Source: Phaeosaccion multiseriatum (lineage: Eukaryota > Protista > Ochrophyta, other classes). From it: a stretch of 64,000 nt of DNA. Made by a program: the position numbers and the translations under genes. Shown here piece by piece: positions 12,786 to 25,657 of the stretch. The stretch lies in NCBI GenBank assembly GCA_965112735.1, contig OZ218953.1, positions 1,674,001 through 1,738,000 of the forward strand. The letters run 5' to 3'. A model generated the notes under the pieces. It saw only the letters and a program-made list of their open reading frames with translations. It was not told the DNA's origin and did not search any database. Position 1 is the first letter of the stretch; every line of letters starts with the position of its first letter.

Positions 12786-14180
12786 GTGGTGGTGGTGGTG
12801 GGGGAGTGAAGTAAGCGCAGAGACAGTCAAGGGACTCGTCATCATCATCACCATCATCATTATTATCATCACCTTCCTCCTCTCGTTCTTTTCTGTGTGG
12901 CACCCAAAATCCCCAAGGGAAATAAAAATAACCCACAGTGTGACGCCTTCCCCCCATACGCCTCTGTCTGTCTGTCTGTCTGTCTGTCTGTGGGCAGGAG
13001 CTGACTCGGCGGTTAGACGTGGCGGGGCGGCACATCACGCGTTATCTGATCAAGCTCCTCCTCCTCAGGGGCTATGCCTTCAACAGGTGAGTAAGTAGGC
13101 GACCAAGTCCCGTGCCTCCCACCCCCAGGGGGAACAGGAGGGAATCCACAAACGGGGCGCTTAGCACAAGCCCTCTGTCTGTCTATCCCTTCTCATTCCT
13201 GAACTAGCGTCTGTGTTCCGTGGCTTTTCGTCTGGAGGAACCGTTGGCACTTCACCTTACCCCCCCCTCCTCACCCCCCCTTTCGACCTTTGTTCTATTT
13301 TTCCTTGCTGTCCTTTTCTTCCCCGTGAAACAGGTCTGCCGACTTTGAGACGGTTCGGCAGATTAAGGAGAAGCTTTGCTATGTGGCGCACGACATTGAT
13401 CAGGTAGGGGGAGGGGGTGAGTGATCCAACCTGCCGCCTCAGGAACAGGAGACAAGGCAAGGCAAGCCTCCCCTACCTCCGCTCCCCTCCTGGCAGGCCC
13501 TCTGGCCCTCCGCCGACGAGCCAGCCAGCTCTAACGGGTTGTTGCTGTTGTGGTTTTCTGCTCTGCTGTACTCTTCTCTGGTTCCCCTCTCTCCGTCCTC
13601 TCTTCCTGCCCCCCTCCCCTGCCCTGCCCTGCCCTGCGCACCCACAGGAGCGCAAGCTTGCGCAGGAGACGACAGTATTGGAGGAGCCGTACACCCTGCC
13701 CGACGGGCGAGTTATCAAAGTGGGCAGGGAGCGATTCGAGGCCCCTGAGGCTCTCTTCGAACCCTCCCTCGTCGACGTAGAGAAGCCGGGTGAGTGAGCG
13801 GCGAGAGAGACAGGTGCACAGGGCACAGGGTATTATAGCTTCCTGTCTTCGCACCGACGATCATGATATGAGAGTCGATGTTTCGTTTCCGTTTCGTCCC
13901 TGAAGTCCGTTACTGAGCTCTTGTCTGCTGTATCTTCTCTTGTGCCCGCTCCCTCGCTCACTGCAGGCCTAGGAGACATGGTCTACGAGATGATTCAAAG
14001 CGCCTCGATGGACACTCGGCCGGAGTACTACAAACACATTGTGCTGTCCGGAGGCACTTCCATGTACCCGGGCTTCCCCACGAGGATGGAGAAGGAGATC
14101 AAGGCACGCTACCTCAAGGTCAGTAACAAGGCGAAGAGCGGCCGATGATCCGAGGCCGAAGGACCGCAGAGCTTGCTTGC

Positions 14181-14226
<46 letters not shown>

Positions 14227-14829
14227 TCTGTCCAGGGAGAGTGACTCGACTCGACCAACCAACCAACCAACCAACAACCCACAAATCCGCGAAGGAATGA
14301 ACGTAACCTAACCTCGCAACCTCCAAACAAACGAACACAACAACAAAACGCACACAGGGGGTGCTGAAGGGCGACACGGACAGACTGAAGAAGTTCAAGC
14401 TCAACATCGAGGACCCGCCACGCCGGAAGCACATGGTGTTCATGGGAGGCGCTGTGCTCGCAGATATCATGAAGGGCAGGACGGACTTTTGGCTCACCAA
14501 GCAGGAGTGGGACGTGAGTAGTGGAGTTGTGTGTGCGTGTGTGTGTGTGTGTGTGTGCATGTACGCCGCCTACGCATGCAAAGCTCGTACCCCACTCACT
14601 CGCTCATTCACTCCCTCTCTGCGACAGCATGGCGACAAGAGAATAGAAGCTCCCCTCCTTCCATGGCTCTCGCGACTTTACTTCCCCTCTGTGCATCGTC
14701 CCCGCATGTCCCCCTCTGCTGTTCCTCCTGCAAGCATCATCCCCCGCCTCATCTCTGTTTCTCTTCCATCTCTCTCTTCTTTCCACTCCGCAGGAGGAAG
14801 GCACGCGGGCGCTGTCAAAGTTCAGCTAA
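11412..14829 (+). CDS. ARP2: Actin-related protein 2 (Arp2/3 complex)
   Basis: About 10 exons: [19 protein letters not shown]; [10 protein letters not shown]; [10 protein letters not shown]; [25 protein letters not shown]; [23 protein letters not shown]; [13 protein letters not shown]; [19 protein letters not shown]. These are Arp2-specific rather than actin signatures. Confidence 0.95.
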
Positions 14830-14960
14830 GGGACTAAAGCGGAGGAGAGACCAAAACAGCCCACCTTCAGAACTGTAGAGCGAGTGATTTATATAATTTA
14901 TACAATCGTGCTTCAAAATCTTTGATGGTGAGTTGGCTGTGCGCCCTACACACTACTTAC

Positions 14961-17900
14961 TTATGCGTCATCCGCTGAAAAAAACGGAGCGAGCGAACTC
15001 CATTCCATGAATGCAGCCGATTCATCCTGCTGCGGCTGCGGCTGCTGCTCAAGCTGACTTACACCACTAGAGAACGGCCCTTGCAAAAAGAATGAAGCTG
15101 CTGCTGCTGCTGGGCGTCCGAAGATCGATGCTTCGCCCTCGACTTTGGTGCCTACCTCCTCCTTCTCCTCCTCCTCCTCCTCCTCCTCCGCAGCACCGCG
15201 CTGCGGCTGTATCACCAACTGCTGCTGCACTGGTGGTTGGTGCCCACGAAGCCTGGGGCTGGCCTGCTGCTGCTGCTCATGACCAGTGCCAGAGCTATGG
15301 CCGTATCTATGCTCTGTATGTTGCTGTTGTTGCCAGTAGCACCCCGCCTGCGGCTGGAGCGAAGAGTCTGACGAACGACGAAGTCGCTTGGGTCCGCTTG
15401 ACTTGTCGCCTGCACCGGCGCCATCATCAGCACCAGCTTCCACATCAGCCGACGATGGGATCGAGGACACGGCGTACCGTTCGTCCACCCCCCCCCCCCC
15501 ACCGCCCTCCCTTGGCGACGTCGCAGGGGGGGGCAACGTTCGTCGTCCTCGGTCGAGTACGCTTCGCTGCATGTGGTACTGCTGCACGGGGCGAGGGCTC
15601 AGTGAGACTTTCATGGTCATGCCCTCCGGTGCTGTGGCGGTCGGGCCCCCCTTCATCAGAGCAGAGGGCCGGACTCCGAGCTGGCTCGTAGTGTGCCGCC
15701 GCGCCTGCTGCTGTTGCATGTGGCCCAGTGGTGGTGCCGCGATGGAACGATTGCCACTCTTGGTGCTGCTGGAGGGGCCTGAGGCGGCGGAGGAGGAGGA
15801 GGGAGGAAGATCCTGTTCCGGAGGGGCGCCGGCAGCAACGCCTATGGGGTGGCGGGACGGGGACGCGGACCCGGGGCGCAGCGGTAGTTTCGACGCCCTC
15901 CGTCGCTGCTGCTGCTGCTGCGGCGGCGGCGGCGGCGGCGGAGGAGGCGGAGGAGGATGAAGAGGAGCGCCGAACGGTGGGGTCACAGCAGCACGATCAG
16001 TTGGTGAAACAGCAGCGGCATACCGCCCGACGTTGCCAGCTCCCGGCTGCCTGGGCTGCGGGGCGTGTGGGCGCGTGCTTGGCCTAAAGAGCCCCCCGAG
16101 CGGGTGAAGCCCGCCGCCGGAACGGGGTGAGGATGACGGCTCCGCGTGAGTGCTGCGAATGAGGCGATGGGGAGGGCGCTTACGCCACTCGCTCTCCCCT
16201 CCTGTCGCATCTACCTCTCCCTTCTCTGCCGCTGCTGCGACTGGGGGTTTGCCGCTCCCCCCTTGCTGCAGCTTCCGCTCCTGCTTCCGCTGCTGCTGGC
16301 CGCGGCGGGGGGTGTCGTTGGAGTCTTGTGCCATGCTTGCTCCCCACTCGTGAAGAACGTCGATGGGGTTCAGGCCGGCGTGAAGGTCGTCGATCGCCTC
16401 CGCCCCTTCAATACGCTGGAAGCTGTTGTTGCGTTTTAATCCCTGCGGCGGTGGCCCATATGACTGCTGCTGCTGATACGGTGCCCTGGGTAAGCCGCTA
16501 CCGCCCCCGCTTCTCAGAGCGTCGAAGCTATTCTGATGGCTTAGGCTCCGCGCTGCTGCTGCTCCTCTGCCTTGGAGAGTGTCGAAACTGCTCCTGCGTG
16601 GGGGAAGGCTCTGCTCCGGTGGTACCGTGGGCTGATACCGGCGTTTCCTACGCCTGCCACCCGCCCTCGATTGCCTCTCGTCTTCCTTCTCCTCTTCCTC
16701 GTCCCCCCCATCTGTCCACTCCTTCTCCTCCTCCTTCTCCTCCTCCTCCTCCTCCTCCTCCTCCTCCTCCTCCCCCTCCTCAGCGGCAAGTCTCGCTGCT
16801 CCACCTCGTCGGGCCGAGCGACCACAGAAGCCAGAGCTACCGAGGCCGGTGATGCTGCGACGAAGCAACACCGGCACGGACGCCATGCTGCTGCTGGCAG
16901 TGCTGCTGTCGCAATCCTCGTCGGGAAAGTCCGTCCAAGCACTGCCGAGCGAAGAAGAAGACGACTGAGAGCGAGTGGTCGCGACGGGGGGCCCTCTCCT
17001 CAGCGAGACGGCCTCGATCTCCCTCACTGCCTTGGCTGCCGCTGCGGCCGCGGCGCTTGCACGGAAAGAGGCGGTACTACCGCCCCAAATTCTGTCTCCA
17101 CTGCTGCTGTTGCCGTTGCTACTGCCGTCACCGCTGCTGCTACTACTACTGTCATTGGTGTTCATCCTCTTGCTCCTCCTCTGCTGTCCTGTCGAGTCTT
17201 GCTCTGGCCGCTCCAACCTGAGGCCTACGCCCAGCGACGCAAACAAGCTACCGCTGCCGCTGCTGCTGCTACTACTGGCGGTGATGCTGTTACCGGAAGT
17301 GCTAAGATGATTGCTGCTGCCCTGGCGGCGAAGGAGCGCAGCATCGGCAGGCTGGCCTGAGGAGGAGCGGGGCATCATCGCGTACTCGCTTTTGTCCATC
17401 CTTGCGGTTCCTCCTTGTCCTCCTCCTCCTTCTTCCACCTGCTCGTCGGTGCCTCCCTTCCTCTTGCACTTTCTGCGGCTGACATATTTCAGTACCTCGC
17501 CAAGGTCATAGCTTGTGCTTTTGCTGCCGGTACTCCTCTCAGAAGAGAGAGGACTGTGTGGGGGGCGGGGCAGGTGTGGTGGGGCGCAGAAGAGCAGCGT
17601 GGGGGGCATGGTCAGGGTGACGCAGAGTCAGGTCACCAGCCACGCAGGTTGGTTATTTTTCTGAAAGCAGGGAAGAAGGTGGGGCAGACACTGAGCGACG
17701 CAAGCAGGCAACAAGGGCTGGGTAGCCCACCCCAGTGCTCCTGCGGCCTGCATTGCTGCGGCCGGCCGAGTGAGGCGCACTACCTGACTAACTGCGGTAA
17801 GGAACCCCAGCCAGGCCAGCTGCCTGCCCTGCTTGTAGTCCCCACCTGGTAGTGCTGCCGCCTCCGCCGTCTTGAAGCTGGCACCGCCGCAAGGCCTCCT

Positions 17901-18721
17901 CGTTGACGAACACGCCTGGACTCGAGGTGCCCTTCCCCTCCGTCTTCTTGAAGCCAAAGTAGTTGAGCTGGCGCAGGAACGAGGTGTACTTGCTGTGGGA
18001 GTAGTACTTGCCCAGCACGTCCGTCTCCATGACCTGAGGTTGGTGCACCCGAATGCAGCCTACGGTAGCAGAGCAGAGCGAGTGAGAAGGGGGTGAAGGA
18101 GGAGGGGTGCGCGAGAAGAACACGCATACGAATGGGGGAGGCAGACAAGCAGCGGCATTGAGATACAGAGGCTGAGGAACTAGAAAGAGGCTCGGAGGGA
18201 TGAGAGAACGACGTGGAGCAGAAAACCACAGCTGTGCAAGCCATGAGCGGCCAGAATGGAGGAAGAGAAAGAGGGGGTGGGGGGGATAATCGTGGGGGGT
18301 AGGACAGAGAGCGAAGTGAACGTCTTCAGAGGACAGTCGATGGGAGAGGGTGGGCCGGAGTGGAGGACGAAGCGCCTGGCATGTTTGCAGTGCGGTGGAT
18401 CCAAACCAGCGGGTTTGAGTGAGGCCTGTGTGGGAGGAGGCAAGCGGATGCGCCCTCCTCTCAGTTGCTCTGCCCCGCCCCGCGTCCTCTCGCTCTCTTC
18501 TACTCTCTCCCTTGCCTCTTCTCTCCCTCGCTCTCAAACACACCTTGCGACTTGTCCCACACCACGATGCTGGTATCTTCTTGCAGCAGGATGGCGTAGA
18601 GTTTACGGAGAAAGGCACACGACTGAGTGGGGCCTTCTTCCTCTTCACTTCTTCGCCTCCTCTTCGCATTCGTAGTCCTCTCCACGTTCCGGCGAGGAGG
18701 ACAAGTCCTACGCTGCTCCAT
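14961..18721 (-). CDS. Heat-shock-factor (HSF) DNA-binding domain protein with long low-complexity C-terminus
   Basis: [21 protein letters not shown] (18.6 kb) spliced to [25 protein letters not shown] (18.0 kb), then a ~850-aa disordered terminal exon (poly-S, E, P, Q). Confidence 0.88.
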
Positions 18722-18881
18722 TGGCCTCAAGTGGAGGATGTGGCCTTGGTTGTGTGAGGCCTGAGGCCTTGCCTTGCTGTGACATGGGTTGGTTTTGGAA
18801 GGTTTGCTTGGTGGGCAGGGGCGAGTGGAAGTGAGTTTTTGCTGAAGGGTAACAAAAAAGGGAAAGAAGTAAAGCGGAAAC

Positions 18882-18930
18882 TTAACTCCGAGTGAAACCC
18901 GAAGATGCGAAACTGCTCACCCGGGGTTAA
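18882..18930. repeat. 49-bp TTAA-bounded imperfect inverted repeat upstream of the HSF gene
   Basis: ttaactccgagtga ... tcacccggggttaa, 12/14 complementary. Confidence 0.45.
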
Positions 18931-19336
18931 AGGGTTTCCATCCTTCCTTTTTTTCTTCATCCCCCCCCTTTTTTTTTCTCCGACCATCCTTGACGAATTA
19001 CTGTCACGGATTAGATAATATTGGTTGTGTTTTTGCGCAACGGCGGCCCTCTTAACTCCCAGCGGCACCCAATGTCACGCATAGTTGGCCTTGTTGGATG
19101 TTAGGCCATTTACTTCCACTTAACTTACTTGCTAACTTGCTCCCAGCATGGCTGCTGGGAGCATGCATGACATCATGGCGTGCGTCGGCCGGCCGTGCGG
19201 GCGCCCTTCGCAGATTCTGCGCTTCAGCCGCCCCTCCCCAGGCGCGCATGCTCTCATGCTCTCATCATCAACCCCCTCCACCTGAGCCTCCAATACTTGA
19301 TGGACTCGTCGAGGTAAGGTTGTTTGTTTGTCCATG

Positions 19337-20460
19337 CATTGCTTGGTCTCTGTTTGTCATTCGCCACGGCAACTGCCTGGCGTCTCACGAGCCCCAAGCT
19401 CCCCATTGCTGCACGCCGTCAATTGACCGCTGCCACTTTGTATTGCCTCAGTCCTTGCCAGCAGAGAGAGAAGTGGTGTGGCCGCGTATGCGTTAGTAGC
19501 AGCCGTACAAGACTGGCAACAAGGACTGCCTGAGGCAATACAAAGCGGCAGCGGTCAATTGACGCACGGCGTACAGCAATGGGGAGCTTGGGGCTCGTGA
19601 GACGCCAGTTGCCGTGGCAAGGGGTCGTATGCGAGTACCGATGGTTGTCGGTCTCGAGGATGGATCGGCAGTGGAGGCCGCGTACCCTGGAGAGGCAGTT
19701 CAGCAGGACTTGGCTGCTCTGCTGCGCCTTGTTGGTGGCGGCAACGCACCAGGCGGCCGGTGCCGGCTCTCTCCGCGTCGGAGATGGCGGCGTCGAGATC
19801 TTCGTTGATTTGACGTGCTTGGCTGCGAGTGGTGGGTCTCCTCTCGCCCCCCCGTGCACGCCTAGCGGCCGGTTTTGGCTCTAGGCCGCTAGGCCGCTCG
19901 GCCTTCGGCCGAAATAGGCCTAGGCCGGCGGCCTCCGGCCGCTCTAGGCCGCTCACTTTTCAGCCCTAGGCGGCCTATAGCCAGCGGCATATGGGGCCTA
20001 GGCCGCCGCCTAGGCGGCCTATAAATAGGCCGAGGGCCTACGGCCCTCGCTAGGCCGGGCAATTTTCCAAAATAGGCCTAGGCCGCTAGGCGTGCACGGG
20101 GGCGACTCCTCCGCCGCCTTCTGATGCGACTCACACTCAACGATGCGTAGAGCCGTCTTGATGGTGTTAACTGTCGCCGCAAGTGCGTTAGCCTCGCCGT
20201 GGTAGGGAGCTCCAACTTCGATTGAGGACGCAGAAGTGGATGATCCTAACAAAGGCTCAAAACCTGATGAAGATGTCGGTTCTCCGTCGCTAGATGTAGA
20301 AGAGGTTGTATGCGTCAGTCAGCAGCCGTACAAGATTGGCAAGGACTGAGGCAATACAAAGCGGCAGCGGCCGGTCGATTGACGGCGTGCAGCAATGGGG
20401 AGCTTGGGGCTCGTGAGACGCCAGTGGCCGTGGCGAATCACAAACAGAGAGCAAGCAATG
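19337..20460. mobile_element. Composite non-autonomous element with three ~120-135 bp repeat copies (one inverted, two direct)
   Basis: 19337-19470 is the reverse complement of ~20337-20460. A second copy at ~19486-19619 is inverted relative to the first and directly repeats ~20308-20434. Confidence 0.7.
19851..20100. mobile_element. 250-bp MITE with perfect 20-bp TIRs, nested in the composite repeat
   Basis: TIR cccgtgcacgcctagcggcc (19851-19870) and ggccgctaggcgtgcacggg (20081-20100). The interior is built from many taggcc/ggccta units. No clear TSD. Confidence 0.8.
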
Positions 20461-20892
20461 AAGCAGAAGAGGGAAGGGCGACACTCGATAGTGCAACCCT
20501 ACCTCGAGTCCGTAGAATTTGATAAAGCTCGCAGCAGAGGTGGATTTTTTATTTTTGGTTGTGAGCACTAGTTGTGCTCCTAGTCCCCGAGGGGGGAGAG
20601 TGATCTGCTGCAACTTGCATGCAAGTGCAGGCCATGTCACAGTGTGTGGTCGCAGAAGGCGCAACATTATTCTAATGTACGATACTCATACCTGGCTGTC
20701 TAGGGTCATTCGGTTGGTTGTTCACAGTACAGCCCCCCCACCACGCTAGCTCCATCGCTCGGGGAACCCTCCTCCAAGACATTATTAGAGACACAACTCT
20801 AGCGCTGAAGAGAGGACCCTCTGGTGCCATCTTCATGGTGTTGGATAATAGTAACGGCGCCCCCACAGAAAGGATAATGTAAACCAAACCAA

Positions 20893-23491
20893 ATGGCGCT
20901 GACAGCTTCGTTATTTGCAGATCTCACTCCGTCAGAGGTCATCCATGCGGTCGCTCAAACAGCTCTGCGGCTTCGGCAAAGGAGCGAGGACACTGATGAG
21001 GGTGACTCGGAGGCCTCTTCTTCGTGCTGCTCTCGAGACACCTTTTTTGGGGATGATGACCACCACCACCACCGCCAGCAGCAGCAGCAGGATGGGAGTG
21101 GTAGCAGCCCTTACGAGCGCGGTAGGGAGTGTGAGGAGGAGAGGCGTGAGGGCGACAGACGGCCAGCTGGTGCAGCAGAGGAGGTCAGGGAACTCGATCA
21201 CCCGCGGTACAAGGTCAAGCCAAGGCGGCGACAGGGCAAGGCTCGACGAGCGAAAGGGCCCGAGACGAGGAGCAAATCATCCGTAGTAAAGGATAACCCT
21301 TTTCGTGAGGCCCTCAAGGATGTCCGGGAGGGAAGGAGCAGAGGCGAGAGTGACCCTCCGGGAAGGGCCAAGAACGGGAGGGGGCAGACGAGAGGAAATG
21401 ACCAGGCGGGGAGCGGGAGCAGAAGGGGGCAGCCCTCCTCTGGGGCCAACTTCGGAGAGGGCGGCGGCACAGAGAGGTGAGAACCAGCCAGAGGACCGAG
21501 AGGACTGTGTGCATCCGCCCGTGTGTGGAAAAGCGGGGGGGGGGGGTTGGGTCCCGGGCAGCAAGCTACTACGCGATTACTACTGCAGACACATATAGCG
21601 TCCGTCTTACACCCCTTCCTCTGTTCTTTCCTTGGACAGCAGGAAGAGGCACCATGGCAACAGTGACAATCGCAGAGGGGGTCCGGCGACAGAGGGTCTA
21701 CAGGAGACTCAGCTGAAGCTGCAATTGCGCATCAAAATGGGGGAGGCAACGGCTTTGAGGAAGGAGATAGAGAGCTTGAGGAACTGGAAGGATCGACGAA
21801 CCATACAGAGCAGAGAAGTAGAGCTGGTAAGAGAGGAACGGTGCACAGTGTGCAGCCTCACAAAGGGAATGGGGGTGTGGACAGAAGTGAAGACCCTTCA
21901 GGCCGAGGGGGGGCGATGGGACAGGGCGGAGTGGAGCCGAACGAGAGTACACGTGACAGGGCCAGAGACAAAGCAGGATCGAAGTCTCTCCTTCCGTGTG
22001 TGCTCCGTTTCCGTCCCGTCCCCTCTCTCTCTCTTTCTCTCTCCCTTCTCTTTTCTCTCACCCTTTCGCCGCTGCCGCTACTACCGCTGGCTCAGGTGAT
22101 GCGGGAACTGGAGCGGCATTGTGCTAGCCTTGAGGGAAGCCTATCGCAAACGGAGGCCAGAGCAGAGGCCGCGGAAGGGAGGTTTGAGGCCCTGCTGGAG
22201 TGGGGCAGGGAGGAGGAAGCGCGCAAGAGGGCGGCTGAGGTGAGGCGGCATCTTGCTTCCGGTTCCTTAGGGGGTCATTGTCCTTTGCATCGGAGCTGCG
22301 ATTGGTTGATTCGTTTGTGCTTGCCCTTCCCCCCCCCCTGCGCTGCCGTGTTGGTCCTCCGGTGTCTGCAGTTGGCCGCAGAGGAATGCAACCGAGCCAC
22401 AGAGGAGATGACACGGAGACTGGCCTCCACGGAGGAGGAACTGTCGGGTGCGAATAGCTGGATCAAAGTAAGTAAGGGGGGAATGTTTGTATGTTTTTGA
22501 ACGTTGTACTCACAACCACCAGGGCCCTCCGCGGGCTGGGTGTGGGCTTTTCTTCCACTGTCTGCGGAATAAATTTGCTTCTCCCTTGAGTATATGAGCG
22601 ATTGACTGACCGAGGGGTCGCCATCGCTGATGGGTGGGCACGAGACCCGCGCGTGTGCGGCCTCTACTGCTCCGTGCCGAGGCTTCCCTACTGTGCGCCT
22701 CTCGTCGCCACGCTCACCTGCGTACGCACATAAAACACACACACACAAACACACACGCACACGCACACGCACACACGTCTCTCTGAGGGAAGGTGGCCCA
22801 AGAGCAGGCCGAGGAGATGCAACTCGAGTTCAGGGAGCAGGCGTCAAGGTACGGCAGGGGCAGGCAGGCAGGCAGCCTCTGGGGGCGAAGGGGGGGGGGG
22901 GGGGGGCTCATTTAGACCTTGCCTGGCCTTGCCTTGCCTCGCCTCTTCTTTGTGGCTGAATCGGGGGTTGAGGCTCATCTCATCGCCTGCCCTTTATCCT
23001 CTACCCTCAACCCTCTGCCCTCTGCCCTTTCCCCATCTCAAAAGGCGCGAGGCACTGGAGCATCGCGTGAGCTCTCTCGAGGGCGACAAGAGCACAGTAC
23101 AAAGCCTTGCCGACTCGCGAGAGAGGGAGGTAGAGGAGCTGCGTGAGCGTCTGCGAGCGGTCGTGGAGGAGGCGAAGGCCCTCGCCACCGCCAACGTTGG
23201 CCTGCAGAGGCAGGTGAGGAGGAGTCTCAGTTTCAGTTTTATCGATGTTGCGGATCGACATTCGGTTGTGCAAGCAGGAAAGCCTGAAACCTGAAGTATG
23301 CGACACTCCGCCACTCCCCGCCGCTCTGCCGCCCCTCTTTACCAGCACACCTTCCCCCTGCATGTGTACTCGTACACCTATATACCCATGCACCTCTACA
23401 TACACCTCACCTCCCGTCACCTCCCCTCAGCTTCCTGTGTGGCACTCCTGAGTACCCAGGACACTTACCCTTCTGGCCTTTGTCCGCGCGT

Positions 23492-23588
<97 letters not shown>

Positions 23589-24190
23589 TGTATGTGTGTG
23601 TGTATGTGTATGTGTGTATGTGTGTGTGTGTGTGTTGTGGGCGTGGTTGGGTCAAACGCCCCCCCCCCCATTTGGGAGAAGCTGTCCGAAGCCAAGGTTT
23701 CCCTGGGAGAGCACACCCGCCAGTGGGAGTATAGGACCCTCGAAATGGACAGGGTGGAGCAAGACAGGTGCGAGTCGGATGGGGCGGCGGCGGGGGGGGG
23801 GGGGACTTGCTATTGTAAAGGCTACAGTTACGTACATAGTTACGTAGGCAGCGCTGCGATTCGCCTGGCTGGGCTCAACTCGTCTTGCACGCAGCGGCTC
23901 TGACTGACTGACTGACTGACTGACTGAGTAACTAACTGACTGACTGACTGACTGGCCTTTGATCCGCTTTGTCGCGTTGTTGCCTTGGTTGCCGCACAGG
24001 AAGGAGGAGATGTCAGACCTGCTGTACAGACTGGGTACGGCGGAGGCGAGATGGGACAGTGAAAGGTGAGCAAGCAAGGTCCAGATTTGCTCGTCCCTTC
24101 ATAAAAATTAAAGAGGGAGTACTGGGCGATTCATACACTCCCCTCTCATACCTCTTTCTCTCTCCCTCTCTGTCTCTCTCTCTCCCTCTG

Positions 24191-24247
<57 letters not shown>

Positions 24248-25537
24248 TGCCGTTCCTTAGGGAGAAAAGGGCCAAGGCCGAGAGCCAAGCGGCAAAGGCG
24301 GAGGCATCGCTGAGGCACTGCACGGAGGAAGCGGCAGAGCTGCGCAACGAAGCCGAGAGGCTGCAGAAGTAAGTCAGTGAGTGAAAAGACTCCCTTGCAC
24401 CCCGTGCGCTGCGCCGCCTGACCCTCTCCTTAGTCCTGGAACGAACGATCGAACCAACATCAGCCCCTTTGACTGCCTTACCTGCTGGCCACCTCGTCCT
24501 CGCTCTCTCTCTCGCACACACACACACATACACACACACTCTCTCTCGCGGGCAGTCTCTCCGACGGTGGCACTGCCCAGCGCAGATTCGGTCTTCCGTC
24601 GTCTGCATCACTCTCTGTCAACGACCCTCAAGGCACACCCCTTCCAGCCCCTCCTCCTCCTTCTGCCGCTGCTGCTGCTGCTTCTTCTGCTTCTGCTTCT
24701 GCTGCTGCTGCTTCTGCTACTCCATCTGGTGCAAGCGTTTCGCGGCCTAGCCACGAGGTTTCGGCCCTTTCCCCTCCCGCCGCGCCTTTCGTTATGCCCT
24801 TCGCGGGTAGGGAGATGAATCATTGGACAGACCCAGGAGCACAGCGGGGCGGAGGAGGGCGGGGGGTCATGCTGTTCTCCACTCCGTCGCCAGTCAACCT
24901 TCAGCAGTATCGGGCGGCGCGAGCGGAGGGGGGGGGCACTCCAGCTGCAGCCAAAGATGTGCGACACCGCCAAGCAACGGCAGCAGGAGGAGGAGGAGGA
25001 GGAGGAGGAGGAGGAGGAGGAGGAGGAGGAGGAGGAGGAGGAGGAGGAGGAGGAGGAGGAGGAGGAGGAGGAGGAGGAGGAGGAGGAGGAGGAGGAGGAG
25101 GAGATGGAGGAGGAGGGGGAGGCGTGGTAGGAGGAGGGGAAACGCCACTCACAAGCTCTCTCCTCTTTTCGGACGGCGGCAGTGAGAGGCGCCCCTACAC
25201 GCCGCTGCGCCTCCCCGCGGGATTGCTTGGCAGTGGGGGCCCGACGAGGGCCCTTTACGGCGCCGAGAATGTCGACAATTCGCTCCACTCCCCGTCCCCT
25301 GCAGCTGACCGTGTGTGGGGCGATGAGAAGCGCGAGTCAACAGAAGAAGGTTGGGGCGTGGTGGGGCGTGATAAGCGATCTTCCGGAGGCGCAAGGGCGG
25401 TGCCAGCAGCAGCGGCGGCGGCGGCGAGGATGGGTGTTGATGTTGGGCAAGAGGACTTTCCCTCGCCACACTCACACACGGAACCGTCGCTGCTTTCCGT
25501 CCCAGTCGTGGCGTCGTCCACTCTACGCGTAGGGTAA
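20893..25537 (+). CDS. Long coiled-coil protein of unknown function
   Basis: About 10 exons with heptad-like E/R/L/A content ([27 protein letters not shown]; [33 protein letters not shown]). Terminal exon carries a ~39-residue poly-Gly. Confidence 0.7.
23491..23634 (+). repeat. (TG)n microsatellite, intronic
   Basis: About 140 bp of tg/ta dinucleotide repeat. Confidence 0.95.
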
Positions 25538-25657
25538 GATGAAAAGAAGGAAGACAAGTTGGGGGTTTTCAGGAACTCGTCTGTTTGTTTGTACTTTATC
25601 TACATCGTAAACAAGGAGAGAAGAGAGTCTCTCACTCATGTGCGATAAAGCGAAACC

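Noticed and set aside
20261-20307. ctgatga motif as a hammerhead ribozyme in the repeat complex
   Set aside because: Lacks the downstream GAAA and compatible stems.
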